Source of the DNA: the human T2T-CHM13v2.0 reference genome, Homo sapiens
Reading direction: 5' to 3' (one strand)
Assembly (NCBI RefSeq): GCF_009914755.1
Contig: NC_060948.1
DNA: 64,000 bases
The position numbers and the translations under genes are program-made. Below the pieces are notes generated by a model that did no database searches, was not told where the DNA came from, and worked only from the letters and a program-made list of their open reading frames with translations. Positions within the stretch are counted from its first letter, which is position 1. Each line of letters opens with the position of its first letter. This document shows positions 61,424 through 64,000 of the stretch, in pieces.

Positions 61424-63698
61424 AGAGGACCAGTGCAACTAAGGTAGAAGAAATACTCGGGACATTCAGCTTTTTCTCTACTTGCCATTCTCTTTAGAAA
61501 GAGTGTTTTGGGTCTCTGTCTTTTGTCTGGGGATGCCTAGAACAAAAACAGACACCCTCAGTTTCTTCTAACCAGCTCACACAGGTGGCAAACCATCCCA
61601 TATCCCTATATCCTCTCCACTGGGCTGTCTCCTTCACCCCCTCACCAAACTTGGCTTACATGTTTAGATTTTTATTGCAACACAGCCTGGCCCCAATACA
61701 GCTTAGATAATGACAGCCAATAGCCTGAAAATTGCACCTTTAACTTTCAAATTCTCAGGAATCTTGACAACTTCATAACCAGAAATGATAAGCAGCAAGA
61801 CACTCTCTATATTCAGGCTTTCTTCTACTTTTGCCTTAAATCCCAACCCTCCTTCTGTTATCTTGTACCCCTTGTGAAATCCTTCTTCTTAATAAAAACC
61901 CTCCTTGAATCTCTCCTTTCTCCAAAACTCTTATCCTCATCCCCCTGCGTCCACTTCTGGCACATCTGAACCCTCAGCCTCTGTGGCCCCTACTGTCCCC
62001 AAGCTTTCAGCCCAAACCCCACTCCTCCTTCTCCATCTGTTACCCATTCAAAAACCACCTCTGCCATTCTCCCTCTCCAGGAATTGGCTAGGGTTGAAGA
62101 CATTGCTTATGTTCACTTCCTTACTCTATGATTTGTCACAAATCAAACAGCATCTGGGATGTTTCTCTGAAAATTCCTCTCATTATCACAGGGAATTCCT
62201 ACACATAACCCAATCTTTAACTTAACTTATCATGACATTTATATAATTCTAACATTCATCCTCACCCCTGATGAAGAGCACTCAGCTAAATTGAAATGGA
62301 TATCCAAGCTATGAATATATTCAACAGGCTTTTATGTATTTCTCATCATAAATCTTGTTTTCCTGGAAAAGTTTTTTCCCAAGTGAACTGAATTACTTGT
62401 CTCCACTCTTGCCATGCTTCACGCAGGTATGAGAGACTCTAAAATGACTTATAGTGGCCTGGGACTCCTTGAGAAAACAGAAAAGTGCCACAAATCCCAT
62501 TTGGGGAAAAATCTCTTTTTTCCTTATGGAACCCCTGTAATTAGAAGTGAATAAGTACCTCTCAAAATCTGTCTTTGTCTTTCACTTATACTTGCTTATT
62601 AGATCATAGAGACTGTTTTCCTAGCCCTATTCTTTAATAAGTCCAATAACCTAATTGGTAAATTAGAAGGAAAAAAAAATCTTATAACTACTGGGTCTTC
62701 TTCTGTTTTTCCTTGTGTGTGTGTGTGTTAGTGTGTGTGTGTGACTATATATGTGTTATATGTGCAATGTCTATTAAAAGAACTCTAATTAAGTGGCCTA
62801 AAAAATAAGTACTTAATTTTTTTAAGGGAAAAAGTAAAAACTGTGGAACATTCTGTTTGTGTGACTTTAATTTTTAAAACTTACTGGTACAGTAAGATTA
62901 GAAATGTCTTAAGAGTTGCCAGCATACATTTTTGCTTGCATTTATTAATCAAGCAATTTCATACTTATCACTGCAAAATACTATAAGGTTTCAAAATTTG
63001 GTATAGAGGCTGCAAAACTATAACTCAGCACAAACAGAATAATCTTTGCTTGTGTAATTTTTTAATAAATGAAACATTAATATTGGTTTAATAAATATAG
63101 CTACATCTTGAACTATTTAGTGAAATACCTAACTTCTAATCTTGTTAAAAGTTTTTATAAAACTTTTTATAACATTTTATAAAAGGGACTTTATGCAAGA
63201 AATGTTGAATAATTTAAAAGTGACTAGGCCTCCTGAATGCTTTTAGCTGTATATCTTCCTTGCTTTGCAGCTAGGTAAGACCTAGGACACATGGAGTTAA
63301 ATGGTGGAATAAGCCACACCTTATCTGCACTTCCTTCTACATCCTAGGCTCTACACCTAGTACATAATTAAAATCCCAAACTTACTAACAAAAGTAAAGT
63401 CTGCTAAAAATGAACATTGTAACATGTGTTTAAGACTATTGAAAATACAGTTTATATATACTTTTGGTAGAAAGATTATAAGGAGGCATAAGAATGTGGA
63501 TTTTTACCTACATTAAAAGGTTAAAGAATTGTTTTGAAGGTTTAAACAAGTTTTGGAAGCTTAATTGTAAAGGAACTTCTGTGTGTAAACACATAAGCTC
63601 TCTCACCAATAAATACTCTTAGTTTGTAAGAGTGAGTGATCCTGACTAAAATCAGCAAGAAGCCCCTATCTGGCTTATTCTTCAAAATAAACCTGCCT
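61424..63698 (+). mobile_element. Continuation of the second MER61-type provirus (leader, gag remnant, AT-rich region), joined by deletion to a 3' LTR remnant (~63594-63698)
   Basis: Collinear with the reverse complement of ~42640-44690. 63594-63698 resembles 50928-51040 (ATAAGC...AGAAGCCCCT...AATAAACCTG). Confidence 0.8.
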
Positions 63699-63814
63699 AG
63701 AGTGCAGTGGCATGATCTCGGCTTACTAAAACCTCTGCATCCCAGGTTCAAGGGATTCTCCTGCCTCAGCCTCCTGACTAGCTGGGATTATGGCCTCCCA
63801 TCACCACTCTCAGC

Positions 63815-63817
<3 letters not shown>
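63699..63817 (-). mobile_element. AluS right arm lacking its tail, interrupted at the linker
   Basis: GAGTGCAGTGGCATGATCTCGGC...GGTTCAAGGGATTCTCCTGCCTCAGCC. Confidence 0.8.

Positions 63818-64000
<183 letters not shown>

Overview
Primate (human/great-ape type) genomic DNA, AT-rich and CpG-poor, with no recognisable host gene, RNA gene or CRISPR array. Most of the window is retroelement sequence. It holds a head-to-head pair of L1s (an older L1PA4-6 type on - and a full-length L1PA3 type on +), further L1PA7/8 copies including a twin-primed 5'-inverted insertion, and Alu J/S/Y. It also holds MaLR LTRs, solo ERV LTRs, two oppositely oriented MER61-type proviruses, and a complete but defective ERV9/LTR12 provirus nested in the second MER61 copy. 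Every recognisable protein in the ORF track is a broken piece of L1 ORF0/1/2 or ERV gag/pol/env. Two observations stand out. (1) A small hydrophobic two-helix reading frame lies between the pol stop and the env ATG in both the ERV9 and the MER61 provirus and shares a motif (TxLFxxxLxTVxPxG); it is a candidate accessory membrane micro-protein of class I ERVs. (2) The inverted L1 neighbours, although of different subfamilies, share private mutations including a frameshift, which indicates ectopic gene conversion. Subfamily names and 'consensus' alleles are from memory and need checking with RepeatMasker/Dfam.
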